Shown one piece after another: positions 31,504-41,831 of a DNA stretch of 64,000 nt. The translations under genes were made by a program, and so were the position numbers. The notes under the pieces were generated by a model that searched no databases, was not told where the DNA came from, and saw only the letters and a program-made list of their open reading frames with translations. Position 1 is the stretch's first letter, and each line of letters starts with the position of its first letter. The DNA comes from an uncultured Acidobacteriota bacterium (GTDB taxonomy: Bacteria > Acidobacteriota > UBA6911 > RPQK01 > JAPXNP01), in assembly GCA_963777605.1 (NCBI GenBank), contig CAVZRV010000035.1:96001-160000 (forward strand), read 5' to 3'.

Positions 31504-32117
31504 TGAGCTTCTCCAATTCCCCCCCAGTCCGTTTCAGTTCACTTTCACTCGTAACAGGCTCGCGTCCTATATCCTGCCACTGGGACCCCGGGAGAGGAAG
31601 CAAAAAAGGCCGCTGTCTCCGCTCGTCCGGTTCCGCATGTTGCCGGAGGAGCGGCGCGGATTCCGGGTAATGAAATTGTGCGAAGAACGTGCCCTGGTGG
31701 AAGCCGTAGCGGGAGAAGATCCGATCATTGGGGTGTACACAGCCCTTCTCAGCTAAACGGGACTCCGGAAACAGTCAGGGCGGCGGCTTCGCTGGAGACA
31801 AGTCGATCTAAGCCGGCGGTTGGTTCGAGCAGAACAGACCAAGAGCAAACGCTCGTGGCCCGCACAGAGAGAAGAAAGTCCAAATTGCGAGGTGCGAAAG
31901 ACGACAGTGTCAAGTCCTGATTAAAAGTTGACAGTTTGTTTTGAGGTTTTGAGTTCGTCGTCGGGCCTGTGGGAAAGTGGGAAACGCCTGAACCATTGGG
32001 CGGTGCGAGGATGCTGAGCCGCGTTTTCCACTTTTCCATCAGGCCGAGTTCTTTTCTTTCTTTTTTGGCTCTTTTTTCTTTCTTTGCCATCCACACCGGT
32101 TTTCCACATCGTGTGGA

Positions 32118-32939
32118 TCAGGCCGCCTGCCGATGCACTTCTTCCGGGGTTCGATAGCCCAGACTCTGATGCGGCCTTCGGTGGTTGTACAGCCCGATCC
32201 CTTGCCGGATCGCTTCCCGCGCTTGCGCCTTCGTCCGGAAACAACCCCCGATCCCGTACTCCTGCTTGAGGATCCCGTTCAGTCGTTCCGCCTGCGCATT
32301 CTCATAACAGTGATTCTCCTCCGTCATGCTCACCTCCAGACCCCGCTTCTCCAGGATCCCGATGTAGTCCCGACAGCAGTACTGAATCCCCCGATCCGAG
32401 TGATGCAGCGGCCGTTTCCCTTTCGGCAATTGCCGCACCGCCTGGCGCAAGGCCCGGCAACTCCCCTCCGCACGCAGACTCTCACTGACTTCCCAGCCCA
32501 CGATCTTGCGGCTTACCTGGTCACTGATCAACGACAAATACAGAAACCCTTTGTCCGTCCGCACGTACGTCAGATCACTCACCCACGCCTCGTGCGGCCC
32601 TTCGATCCGACGTTCCTTCAACCGGTTGCGGTACACTCGAAATCCATGCCGGCTGGCCGTCGTCCGCACCGTTCGGCGCCGTCTCTCAACCAGCAGTCCA
32701 TGGCGGCGCAAGAGATCAAAAAACCGGTCCCGACCCAGTGCCACCCCCGCTTGTACCAGTTCCTTCTCCAGCAGGTGCAGCAGCTTGCGTCCTCCCAGTT
32801 GCGGCTGTTGCCGCCGCTCCCGCTGCACCAGTTCCACCACCAGCGCTTCGTTGACCTGCTCGCGCTGCCGCTGCCGCTTCTCCCGGTAGTAGTTCTGCCG
32901 GCTCATCCCTACTCGCCGGCACAACCCTGTCACCGTCAC
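32118..32939 (-). CDS. IS3 OrfB (rve integrase core)
   Basis: WVSDLTY, HHSDRGIQY, ENAQAERLNG.LKQE, YNHRRPH; -1 frame open from the A8 slippery site at 32991-32998. Confidence 0.92.
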   Translation of the reverse strand: MTVTGLCRRVGMSRQNYYREKRQRQREQVNEALVVELVQRERRQQPQLGGRKLLHLLEKELVQAGVALGRDRFFDLLRRHGLLVERRRRTVRTTASRHGFRVYRNRLKERRIEGPHEAWVSDLTYVRTDKGFLYLSLISDQVSRKIVGWEVSESLRAEGSCRALRQAVRQLPKGKRPLHHSDRGIQYCCRDYIGILEKRGLEVSMTEENHCYENAQAERLNGILKQEYGIGGCFRTKAQAREAIRQGIGLYNHRRPHQSLGYRTPEEVHRQAA

Positions 32940-33340
32940 CCCCGTCGCGTTCCCCCCTGCATGTCCTTTTCGAACAGCCGCCGATCGGCGTTTTTTTTAA
33001 ACTCTTCCACGTCCGTGATCCCAAACTCCTCACAGGCCAGTTCGAAGTACGCTTTACTCAACACCTTGTCCAGGTTCGCCTCCGTCAACGCCTTCTCCAG
33101 CTGCCTTACCCGTTTCTCCAATGCTTCGATTCGATCGCGTTCTCCCATGCGTTCCACCCTAACAACTTTCGGCAGCAGGTGTTCCCGTCCGTACTTCTTC
33201 AACCATTTCGGAACCGTATCGCCCCCCTTGATCCCGTACTTGCGCCTCACCTCCTGGATCGATCCATACCGCCCCGATTCCAGTTCCTCCACCACCTGCC
33301 GCTTGAACGCTTCGCTGTACCGGATGACTCGCTGCTCCAT
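32936..33340 (-). CDS. IS3 OrfA (HTH)
   Basis: RYSEAFKRQVV...W.KKYG plus leucine zipper. Confidence 0.9.
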   Translation of the reverse strand: MEQRVIRYSEAFKRQVVEELESGRYGSIQEVRRKYGIKGGDTVPKWLKKYGREHLLPKVVRVERMGERDRIEALEKRVRQLEKALTEANLDKVLSKAYFELACEEFGITDVEEFKKNADRRLFEKDMQGGTRRG

Positions 33341-33474
33341 GTCCTGTCCTTTCGTTTTCGTGTCAACCTATTTCAGGACAAGACAAAGACGACAGACATC
33401 GCACTTCACACTTCGAATTTCGCACTTTGGCCAACTGCCTGGGACGGATCCTCAGCACTCGTTGCCTACACGCC

Positions 33475-34332
33475 CTAATGGGGGTCCTGAAGCCCCTGAA
33501 GAAGGGCCTGAAGAAGGAGGAGGACATCGTCAAAGGCGGGCGCTGGCCGTCCCTTTCGCATCCCCAGTGCAAGCGCAAAATCGGACTTGGCGTCGATCTG
33601 GCCGGAGAGGACCCTTACAAGATCGCTCACCGTTGCCGCGGAAGCAACGGCAGAAATGTCACGACCGAGAAGGCGCGCCCCGACCCGCTCATAGTCAAAA
33701 TCATCTTCACTCGCCAGGTCCGGGTGCTGATCCCAGAGCCGCTCGGCGTTACCGGCATCAAGGTAGTTGCGGAGAATCAGGAATAGATCAATGGCATCTC
33801 GGTCCCGACCGGTCTCACGATCGCTCCAGGCCGAGAGCTTCAGGATGGCAAGTCCGACCAATGACGCCACAAAGATATCAATGGCTGGGTCATCCCTGAT
33901 CCGGACCAGATGGCAACAGGCGAAGGCATCCTCAAATCCCGTCACATCCATCCGAACCGCTTGATCAGGGGGCCAGGCGATTACGTCTTCAGGTTGGGCG
34001 ATCTCACCAAAGGGCACCAAATCGACGGGGAGGGTGTCCCTGAACCGGAGGCACTGCATCTGGCGAGTCTCCTGAAACTCTCCAAGTGCGAGTAGACCTC
34101 GGCGAAGATCTTCATACTCCGCCCAACTGGACACCTGGACTCCAAAATCGATGTCGACCGTGGCTCGGTGACTCTTGATGCCATGGGCGAAAGTGAGTAT
34201 GAGATCCCGAGCGTAGGCGCCGACCAGGAAGAAGGGGACATTCTGCTCCGACGCGACGTGGTGGAGCGCTGCCACGAGATCGACGGTCTCCCGGTCAATC
34301 TGTCCCGAGAGGTTCAGCAATTTCCTGTTCAT
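33475..34332 (-). CDS. AbiEii-like nucleotidyltransferase toxin (type IV TA)
   Basis: LVGAYARD, RATVDIDF, VDLVPFG, LKLSAW, RDAIDL. Confidence 0.85.
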   Translation of the reverse strand: MNRKLLNLSGQIDRETVDLVAALHHVASEQNVPFFLVGAYARDLILTFAHGIKSHRATVDIDFGVQVSSWAEYEDLRRGLLALGEFQETRQMQCLRFRDTLPVDLVPFGEIAQPEDVIAWPPDQAVRMDVTGFEDAFACCHLVRIRDDPAIDIFVASLVGLAILKLSAWSDRETGRDRDAIDLFLILRNYLDAGNAERLWDQHPDLASEDDFDYERVGARLLGRDISAVASAATVSDLVRVLSGQIDAKSDFALALGMRKGRPAPAFDDVLLLLQALLQGLQDPH

Positions 34333-35341
34333 AGAGAAGTTTCGCGATTTCGATATTTCTGGGGTCTCCAGTTGCCATTAGATCGGCGTAGGCCAAGATC
34401 GGCGGAACGAGTTCCTCGTCGTTGTAGTCTAGAGCCCCGTCCCAAAAGACCCGGAGGAGTTCCGTCTCACCATTCGGGTCCTTACGAAGCCGGTTCTTCA
34501 ATTGGATTTCCTGGAAAGCCTCCCTGCAGTAGACCGTCACCAACTCGGGGCGCAGGTGCCGGGTGAGTCGGGCAGCCGCAATCTCCCCTCCCCAATAGGT
34601 CTTACCTCGGTCCAGGGGCGTAGCGGTTTTCCACCAGTCGGGGTTCGCGGCGCGAAACCGCCCGAAAACGAGCTTCGGACGCAGTTGCTCGGGGTAGGCG
34701 GCAATCCAGCGGTCCAGCAGTTGCCTTCGATTGCGGAGTCTGCGCCTCCCCTTTTGAACTTCGACCACGAAACCGAGCGTTTTAAGATCCCGGATCACCC
34801 AGTTAATGGTTCCGAGGGCAACATCGGCAAGTTCAGCAATTTCGCGATAGGGCGCCGCGGCAAGGGTTGGTCGACAGAGAAAGGCAAACACCACCTTGAG
34901 GCCCGTTGTCTGAAACGCTCGGGCGTGTGTTGGAGTCTGCAGATCGCGCGGTGGCCGGTTCCCTTTGACATAGACATAGACCGGCGGGGCGTTGAGATAG
35001 GCATTTCCCACCGTGTCAATGAAAGCGATATTGAGCGTTCGGAAACGCTCGGCCATCTGCGGATTGACGTAGGTGGTCACCAGGCAGGCCGGTTTCTCCA
35101 GATGAGCAAATCGGTTCTTGATCGTCCCGAGCATGGCGGTGTTGATCCGGGCTTTGACCTCCACCAGGAACCCGCCCTCTAAATCTTGATCTGGAAGGAC
35201 CAGAGCGGCATCGACTTGGAGGGGAGGCGGGCCCAGCCGTTGATTCCTGCCCAGCTCTAGACGCAATCCGGTGGTGTCGTGGAAAGCCTCCAGGGCCCTC
35301 TCCAGCAGTCCTGCCTCGTCGGCAACTCGGTTCGTGTCCAT
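34295..35341 (-). CDS. AbiEi-like antitoxin/regulator (type IV TA)
   Basis: FIDTVGNAYL, HTH YREIAELADVALGT, WGGE.AA, YADL...DPR. Confidence 0.85.
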   Translation of the reverse strand: MDTNRVADEAGLLERALEAFHDTTGLRLELGRNQRLGPPPLQVDAALVLPDQDLEGGFLVEVKARINTAMLGTIKNRFAHLEKPACLVTTYVNPQMAERFRTLNIAFIDTVGNAYLNAPPVYVYVKGNRPPRDLQTPTHARAFQTTGLKVVFAFLCRPTLAAAPYREIAELADVALGTINWVIRDLKTLGFVVEVQKGRRRLRNRRQLLDRWIAAYPEQLRPKLVFGRFRAANPDWWKTATPLDRGKTYWGGEIAAARLTRHLRPELVTVYCREAFQEIQLKNRLRKDPNGETELLRVFWDGALDYNDEELVPPILAYADLMATGDPRNIEIAKLLYEQEIAEPLGTD

Positions 35342-35689
35342 TGTTGTTCATTTCCTGGCATCGTTCACGATCAGTGAACGCATGAGGAGAGTGAACACGC
35401 CTTTCTCGCAAGAACTCAAAATCGCGTGTTCACTATATTAGCTCGTTCATGAATAATGAACAATGATAAATTGTGCACATTCAAACACAGACCGCTGAGT
35501 TCCGTGGGAAACAGATGGGAGACAGTCTCCAGTTGGACCTGTAAGCGGTGAGCGAGAGATTGGCGTAAGACGTTGATTCTAAATGCCCGGAACGGGAAAG
35601 TGTCGAAGCCTCGCCCGACGGCATATCTCATGATTCTCCAGAAGCCATTGCACCAGGCAATCCACCGAACCAGTGAGCCGAAGGCGAAC

Positions 35690-35945
35690 ATTTGGGCGGT
35701 AGCTCCATCCGGCTGGATGCTCCAGCCAAATCTGCGGGCGAGTGCACGGGCCACCTGGTCCATCTCTGGAGACAGTCGCCGCTCCAAGAGCGCGCTCTCG
35801 CGAGGGTAGTCGTAAACCCCGCGCATCACCCTCCGAATCCGGCCCAGCTGCTCCAGGCGGTGGAGACTGAGGCGGGCCGCCTCACGGCTCCCGAAATGGG
35901 TGAAATCGATTCCGGAAAAAGCCCACCCCCTGCCCATCCCGCATA
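35690..35945 (-). pseudogene. Truncated DUF6088/AbiEi-like wHTH fragment
   Basis: L.RL...G.IRRV.RGVYDYP...PEMDQVARALARRFGWSIQP.G; sequence diverges afterwards. Confidence 0.6.
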
Positions 35946-36574
35946 TCTTTCTAAGCACCCTATTTATAACGGCTTCCACAATTTCCAACCGATGATCCTG
36001 TAACGAAAAGATTAGGTTTTTCGTTACAGGGAACCTCGCTTGCACCTAGGCTATCGCACGAAGGCCAGCCGGCAGGTCGCTCCAAACGTCGGCCAGATCG
36101 TCCGCCAGATCGCCAACCATGAACTCAAGGCTTTCGGATCGGTTCGAATGCATTCCACCGTTCCGGCACCCACCGACCGCCATCGATCGATCGAACCATC
36201 TCGAGAAGCGACGCTCCGCGCTCAGGCGACGCCAGACACCGCGTAGACCAGGCTTCGATTTCAAGCAACCTTCGCGTTCTTCGGCTCATCCAGGCTTCTC
36301 TTATTTCTCTGAATGGGAGGAAGATTCTCTTCCCCTGACGTCGGTTTCCATGCCGAATTCATTCTGCCGGACCGCGAGGGTGGACGCACGTCCATTTTCT
36401 CTTGAGTTCTCACCCTGGCTTTCCATGAAGCGGATGCGGACCGTTTGATCGGTGGCTCGATTAACTGAGATCTCCTGGATAAAGTCCGACAAAGGTCTGG
36501 TTTTTGGGAGTCGCGATTGCTATATTGAGCCCGCGACGGATTTGGGGGGAGATCGCAAGAGGAGGGTTTCTGCC

Positions 36575-37744
36575 ATGCGTGCCCCGCGAATCTTTGTACT
36601 GCCTGCGCTCCTGTGGATCCTGGTCCCGGGATCCGTCCTCCACGCCCAACTAGAGTTCATTGAAAGGAACAGGAAATTGACCAGTCGAACCTTCGGGCTC
36701 TTGATCTGCATTCTGGTTTTCTTTGCCCACTCCGCGCAGGGCCAGATAACCAAGTTCAGTTGCGACAACATTACCAATCGCGTGATTCACGTACCTCACA
36801 TGGTGGTGGGACGGGCCGCCGGTGTTGACTACAGCACAACCGTCACTATCTCCAACGCCGGGACGGAATCGGCCGACATTAAGGTGTCGCACGCATGGGA
36901 CATTCGCGGCACGGAACCCGTCGAGGATAATGAACTCGCGCCGGGAGCGACCCGGGTGATCGAGTTCCAGCCGGACGGGGAGGAACCGGTGGAGGGCGGC
37001 TGGCTGAGGGTCAAGACGGATGGAACCCTGTCCGTCGTGGCGCACATACAGGGGGAGGCTGCCGACGGATCGATCGTGAGCGAGGTCTCCGTACCGGGAG
37101 TCGAACCGGGCTCAAAATTCTCGTTTCCGGTTTTCCGCAACGACTTCCTGGCCGACAATACGGGCGTCGCGATCAGCAGCCCGGCCGGTGGACTCATCCT
37201 GGCGGAACTTCGCGACCTCGACGGTAACCTGATTGCGACCCGCGAGTTGGCGGCTCAATCGGAGAGTTGTGAGCCGAATCGGGAACCGCCCCTTCCTCCG
37301 ATCTGCTATCAGAGCCCCGACTTCTGGAGTCGCTACGCAGTCCTGTTACAGGAACTGTTCAACGACCTTCCGGAAGGATTCCAGCGAGGGTTTCTGACCC
37401 TGGAGCATACGTCCTACCTGGGAAGCGACGACATGAGGGTCGGTCCGCAGTTCCCCTTTGGCATGGCAGTCGTCGCGCTTTACACCAACGGGCTGGACCT
37501 GCGGGCCGCGCCGGCGACCCCGATAGACATCCCGGTTCGCTTCGAAGTGGCGATCCGTGCCCAGGCCGATGCCGCGGATCTGCTCTCATCTTATGGGCTT
37601 TCCATCGAGCGCCAGATAGAGTTTTCGTCGGTCACCCGCGCGTTCGTGGACAGCACCGTCGCAACAGCGAGGGTTCTGGCGGTAAATCCGCAGGTGAACT
37701 CGGTCTGCTTCGACCCTCTGGAACTGGATGAGGTGACGCCTTGA
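36575..37744 (+). CDS. Secreted protein, paralogous beta-sandwich family
   Basis: Signal peptide(s); VPHMVVG..YSTTVTISN, GWLRV, NTGVAI. Confidence 0.75.
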   Translation: MRAPRIFVLPALLWILVPGSVLHAQLEFIERNRKLTSRTFGLLICILVFFAHSAQGQITKFSCDNITNRVIHVPHMVVGRAAGVDYSTTVTISNAGTESADIKVSHAWDIRGTEPVEDNELAPGATRVIEFQPDGEEPVEGGWLRVKTDGTLSVVAHIQGEAADGSIVSEVSVPGVEPGSKFSFPVFRNDFLADNTGVAISSPAGGLILAELRDLDGNLIATRELAAQSESCEPNREPPLPPICYQSPDFWSRYAVLLQELFNDLPEGFQRGFLTLEHTSYLGSDDMRVGPQFPFGMAVVALYTNGLDLRAAPATPIDIPVRFEVAIRAQADAADLLSSYGLSIERQIEFSSVTRAFVDSTVATARVLAVNPQVNSVCFDPLELDEVTP

Positions 37745-38139
37745 AATCTGATCGGTGCCTTGGATTCAGGATTCAGGCGGCAAGAAGACCTTGTGGAATT
37801 GAATCTTTCGCGCTTTTGCAGGGCGAACACTGGGTCAGATTGGCGGGGCGGATTGTCCCGGCGGTGTGTCACTTGTAGGCCTTTGGAGTTGGAACGAATC
37901 GCAAGCATGGCTCCTTCTCAAGAAGCCCTGACAGAAATCAAGAGGTTGTATTTACAGGAATGGGTGTTTCGAAGCTCGCCCAAGTTGCTTTGGAATGCGA
38001 TGTACATAGAACGTAAGCTGGCGTTGGCACGGTCAGTCCGAAACGTTCCACTCGGGGCGCTGGAATCTTCTCTCGATGGCACGGATTGACCGCTTGCCGC
38101 CTGGGGCTTGGCGCCGGACAAAGGGAGGAGAATTTCACA

Positions 38140-39468
38140 ATGAAGCGATGGGGCAGATCTTTCACTTACGCATTTTTGGTTTTGGTATTGACCTTGCTCG
38201 GAGCGGTTCCAGCGATCGCCCAGCCCTATGATTGGGGACCGTTTGACTTCGGTGAGGACTGGGTTGCATTGGTACCTCCGCCCCTGCCTGCGGGCCTGAG
38301 TGCCAGGCATGTCTTTGAGGACTGGGGCGTGACGATTTCAAGCGAATCGGTCCAGGGCCCTCGGATGGGCACGCTCTCCGAGATCCCAGAGGTTAACTAC
38401 GAAGGTTGGATTGTGGCTCCAGTGATTCTCAACGGCTCGGAGTCAGAAGTCGGTGCGGGAAGCATGACCATCAATTTTGATGAACCCGTGCGACGAGTTT
38501 CTTTGAATATGGGAGCCGAGTCTGAAACCAACATAGTCGCACGGTTCTTCGATCGGAGTGGCGCTCTCCTCGGCGAGGTGACTCGTCCGCTATACGGCAT
38601 CTATCCGGGAGAGTTCGCCCTGGAGGACGCCGACGGATCCGGGATCGTTCGAGTTGAAGTGGAGAACGAGCAACCGGATGTCCCCGAGGCGCTCAATCTC
38701 ATTCTCGCCGAATATGTCGAACCGCGTCCGTTCCAGCGATGTGTCTCTCAGGTGGCGCAGGGTGCGCTGCCGTTCGGAGACCGAACCCTCCAAACACTGC
38801 TGACGATCACAGGGTCGTGGAACAGCACGTTTTTCAGGATCCCGGATGGACAGGCTCAGATCTACTCTCTTGAATTCCGAGATCCTGAGGGTGCTCCGTT
38901 AATAGTCAACCTCGATGGGACTGTGAACAGCGAGTTCGAGTTACTTTCTAGCGGTTATATGCATCGTTTCTTGGAATCACTCATTCTTCGGACTTTGGAC
39001 TCCGGCAAACCACTGGACCAGGGGTATGTCTGCGCCACTTCCAAATATCCCTTCGAACTGGCGACGGTTTACCGGATTCTCGATTCAACCAGGGCTCCTC
39101 TCGCAGAAGCGGGAATCGACAGCTCCATTCCCGGCCAAAGTTTTACCGGCGTTTTCGAAAAGACGATTGCCGAGGATACGAATACGGCGCTGGCGCTGGC
39201 AAATGTCTCGGACAGCGAGGCGACGGCAAGTGTCACGTTCTTCATGAGTCCCAACACGACAATGGAAGCGGACGTGGTCCTCGGTCCGGGAGAGCAGGGC
39301 GCCTGGTTTGCGGACGAACTGGCGGAAGCGTTGTCCGGCCGCGATACCGAAGGGACGGTCGAGATCGTCTCGGATCAGCCGGTCGCGGCGACGATCCTCC
39401 GGACCATTCAGGGCGTCGTCTCGGCCAGTCTTCCGCTACGAAGGGTCCCCGCTGGACCGGCGAAATGA
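38140..39468 (+). CDS. Secreted protein, paralogous beta-sandwich family
   Basis: GGAGGAG RBS; signal peptide; QVAQG..LQT, AEAGI, NTALALAN, GTVEIVS. Confidence 0.8.
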   Translation: MKRWGRSFTYAFLVLVLTLLGAVPAIAQPYDWGPFDFGEDWVALVPPPLPAGLSARHVFEDWGVTISSESVQGPRMGTLSEIPEVNYEGWIVAPVILNGSESEVGAGSMTINFDEPVRRVSLNMGAESETNIVARFFDRSGALLGEVTRPLYGIYPGEFALEDADGSGIVRVEVENEQPDVPEALNLILAEYVEPRPFQRCVSQVAQGALPFGDRTLQTLLTITGSWNSTFFRIPDGQAQIYSLEFRDPEGAPLIVNLDGTVNSEFELLSSGYMHRFLESLILRTLDSGKPLDQGYVCATSKYPFELATVYRILDSTRAPLAEAGIDSSIPGQSFTGVFEKTIAEDTNTALALANVSDSEATASVTFFMSPNTTMEADVVLGPGEQGAWFADELAEALSGRDTEGTVEIVSDQPVAATILRTIQGVVSASLPLRRVPAGPAK

Positions 39469-39500
39469 TTACGGGAGATGGAAGCAGCAAGGAGGTGTGT

Positions 39501-40387
39501 ATGGCACGCGGTATTTTCTGTTCACTGATGTTGATCTGCTTTTCTGGAGTTCCTCCGGCTCTGGCGCAAGAGACTGAGGAGTCGCCGATCGAGCTGATCT
39601 TTCCGATCGTCCACAGCCGGTTCGTTGAGGGTGCGGTCAACCTGCAGACGACATTCACCTTTCTCAACTTGTCTGACAGCACGGCTCAAGGAACGTTTCG
39701 AGCCTACGAGAGTAATGGGACTCCCAAACGTATCCTTGATATCTGTTCTCCAGACCCTTGGATAGACCCTGACCTCGACGATGTGGACAAGGAGATCGAA
39801 ATTCGGCCAGCCGGAAGCATCACCTTGAGACAATCGCGTTCAGTTCCGGCAAACTCCCGGAATTCTCCGGCTGGGCTCGGCTCATTCTGGACAAGTCCGT
39901 TCCGGTTCAAGGGACGGGCCAAGTGATCCTGCGCGATACCCCGAATGGTTGCCTGGTCCTCTCCGGATCTGCAGTTGACCTCTCTGTCTCTCAACTTGCC
40001 GACGGTGAAACCATTCTCTATCGAGAAGCCGTGGAAGTGCCCGCACTGGTGCCGGGGAAGCGGTTCAAGGCGGCGGTGACCAGCCGCGCGCGTGGGGAAA
40101 GCTCGTTCTCGATTGTGAATCCGTCTGAAACGGAAACTGCTCGTGTCACGATGAGGTTTACAAATGGAGGCGGCGAGGAAACGGGGACGAGGGCACTGAC
40201 GATACCCCCTCTCAACAGTACGGCGGGATACATCGGCGAGCTTGGGGACGGTCCCGAAATTCCCATTTATGGCGTGGGAACGGTCACGTTTGAAAGTGAG
40301 ATCCCGATTGCCGTCGGCGGGATCCTGAGTCTTCCCCTGGACGGGCTGTGGGTTGGAACGACGATCGCCCCCCTGCCGGCGGAGTAA
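39501..40387 (+). pseudogene. Secreted family paralogue, frameshifted
   Basis: AGGAGG RBS; signal peptide; QTTFTFLN and SFSIVNP, GTVTFES split across frames. Confidence 0.65.
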
Positions 40388-40496
40388 CGCTCATCAGGAT
40401 GGCAAGTCGGCTTAGATTGACTCGCCTTCCGAGTTCGGGAGAACAGAAAGCCTGCGCCGTGAAGAAGCTGTCGTCGAAAGAGAGTTCGGAGCACTC

Positions 40497-41831
40497 ATGA
40501 AGATTCACAAGGTTTTCTTTCTGGTGGGCAGTGTCTTTGCCCTGCTCTCAGCCGTTGCGCTAAGTCCCGTTCATGCCGAGGTCCGGACAACGACGCCCGA
40601 TGCCTTCGGTCAAGACTCTGTCAGCCTGGATTTCTCAAATGCCACGCTCCTGAACTTCGTCCAAGGGGGCGGGGAAGGTCCCGAGGCCACTGATCTCCTG
40701 GCGGACTGGGGGATTCGGCTGGCCGGATCTCAGGGGGTGAATCCAAGGGTGACCTGGTGGACTCCCAAGCCGCCACCGAACGTCCTGCCTCGCTATGATT
40801 TCGTTGCCGAGTTGGCGGCCGACAATGCTGAGGAGGATCCGGTTCTGGTCATCGAATCGGTCCACCCTTTGGTCCGGATCGGGTTGAATTTGGCGAACGA
40901 CTCGGAGGGGGAATCCGGAGGCCTGCTCCCGGTCACTTTCACGGTTCAGGACGCCGCAGGAGCGGAACTGGGCAGGATTGAGACGACCATTCCGCGAGGC
41001 TCCTCGTCTGTCGTTCTGGAAGACAGCAACCAGGTGCCTTTCTCCAGGGTGACGGTCGACTACGGAGACGGCGAGCCGGAGAAACTCCTCGGAGTCCAAC
41101 TGGACTTTGTCGACCGGCCTGTTTTCAAGACCTATCTGGCCCATATCGGCGACGGCAAGCTCCCGAGTGGGGAGAGCCTGAAAAGCTCGATCGTCATCAC
41201 CAATCTCAGCACCTCTACCGCCGAGGGATCCATCGAATTCTTCGACGACGAGGGGGAACCGCTCGACATGGAGACACCTTGGGGAACCTGGCGGAACCGG
41301 ATTGATTTTTCCATTTCAGAACGATCCTCGGCGTACTGGATAACGGCAGGCATGACCTATTCGATCCGGGCCGGCTCGGCTCACATCACGACCAATGTGC
41401 CGGTTTCGGCCGCGATCCGCTTTTCGAGCTTCCATCCCAACCAGGAGGTGATCGCCGAGGCCGGTATCGCGTCGAGTCGGGCGGAACAGGCTTTGCTCGC
41501 TCCGGTCTCCAAGCATTCCTTCTCAGGGTTCGTGGGAGGAGGCCTCCCACCTCCGAAGCCCTACTCCACCGCGATCGCGATCGCCAATCTTGCGGATGAA
41601 ACGGTTGAGATTCGGCTCTGGGGCCCCTTGGGCGGCTCGGACGTCGAGAGAGAACTCCCTCCCCGTGGTCATCTCGCCGAGTTTGTGGAGGAGCTGTTTC
41701 CCGCCATGGAGGATGCCGATCTGGACGGTGTCGTTCAGATCTGGGCCTCTCAACCGATCGCGGTCACCGTGCTTCACACTCGAGACGGCTATGCACACGC
41801 AAGTCTACCCGCTACGGGGAGGATCAGATGA
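40497..41831 (+). CDS. Secreted protein, paralogous beta-sandwich family
   Basis: Signal peptide; LAHIGDG, ITNL, FFDDEG.P, AEAGI, STAIAIAN. Confidence 0.8.
   Translation: MKIHKVFFLVGSVFALLSAVALSPVHAEVRTTTPDAFGQDSVSLDFSNATLLNFVQGGGEGPEATDLLADWGIRLAGSQGVNPRVTWWTPKPPPNVLPRYDFVAELAADNAEEDPVLVIESVHPLVRIGLNLANDSEGESGGLLPVTFTVQDAAGAELGRIETTIPRGSSSVVLEDSNQVPFSRVTVDYGDGEPEKLLGVQLDFVDRPVFKTYLAHIGDGKLPSGESLKSSIVITNLSTSTAEGSIEFFDDEGEPLDMETPWGTWRNRIDFSISERSSAYWITAGMTYSIRAGSAHITTNVPVSAAIRFSSFHPNQEVIAEAGIASSRAEQALLAPVSKHSFSGFVGGGLPPPKPYSTAIAIANLADETVEIRLWGPLGGSDVERELPPRGHLAEFVEELFPAMEDADLDGVVQIWASQPIAVTVLHTRDGYAHASLPATGRIR

Larger units (their letters stand above)
31908..33385 (-). mobile_element. IS3-family element
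   Basis: Imperfect IRs TGTCAAGTCCTGA..GTTGACA / TGTCTTGTCCTGA..GTTGACA; flanked by direct repeat AAGACGACAG. Confidence 0.9.

Noticed and set aside
32133-33899. Long + strand ORF of 588 aa (likewise 27544-29133 and 59928-61487)
   Set aside because: Antisense shadows of real genes in GC-rich DNA
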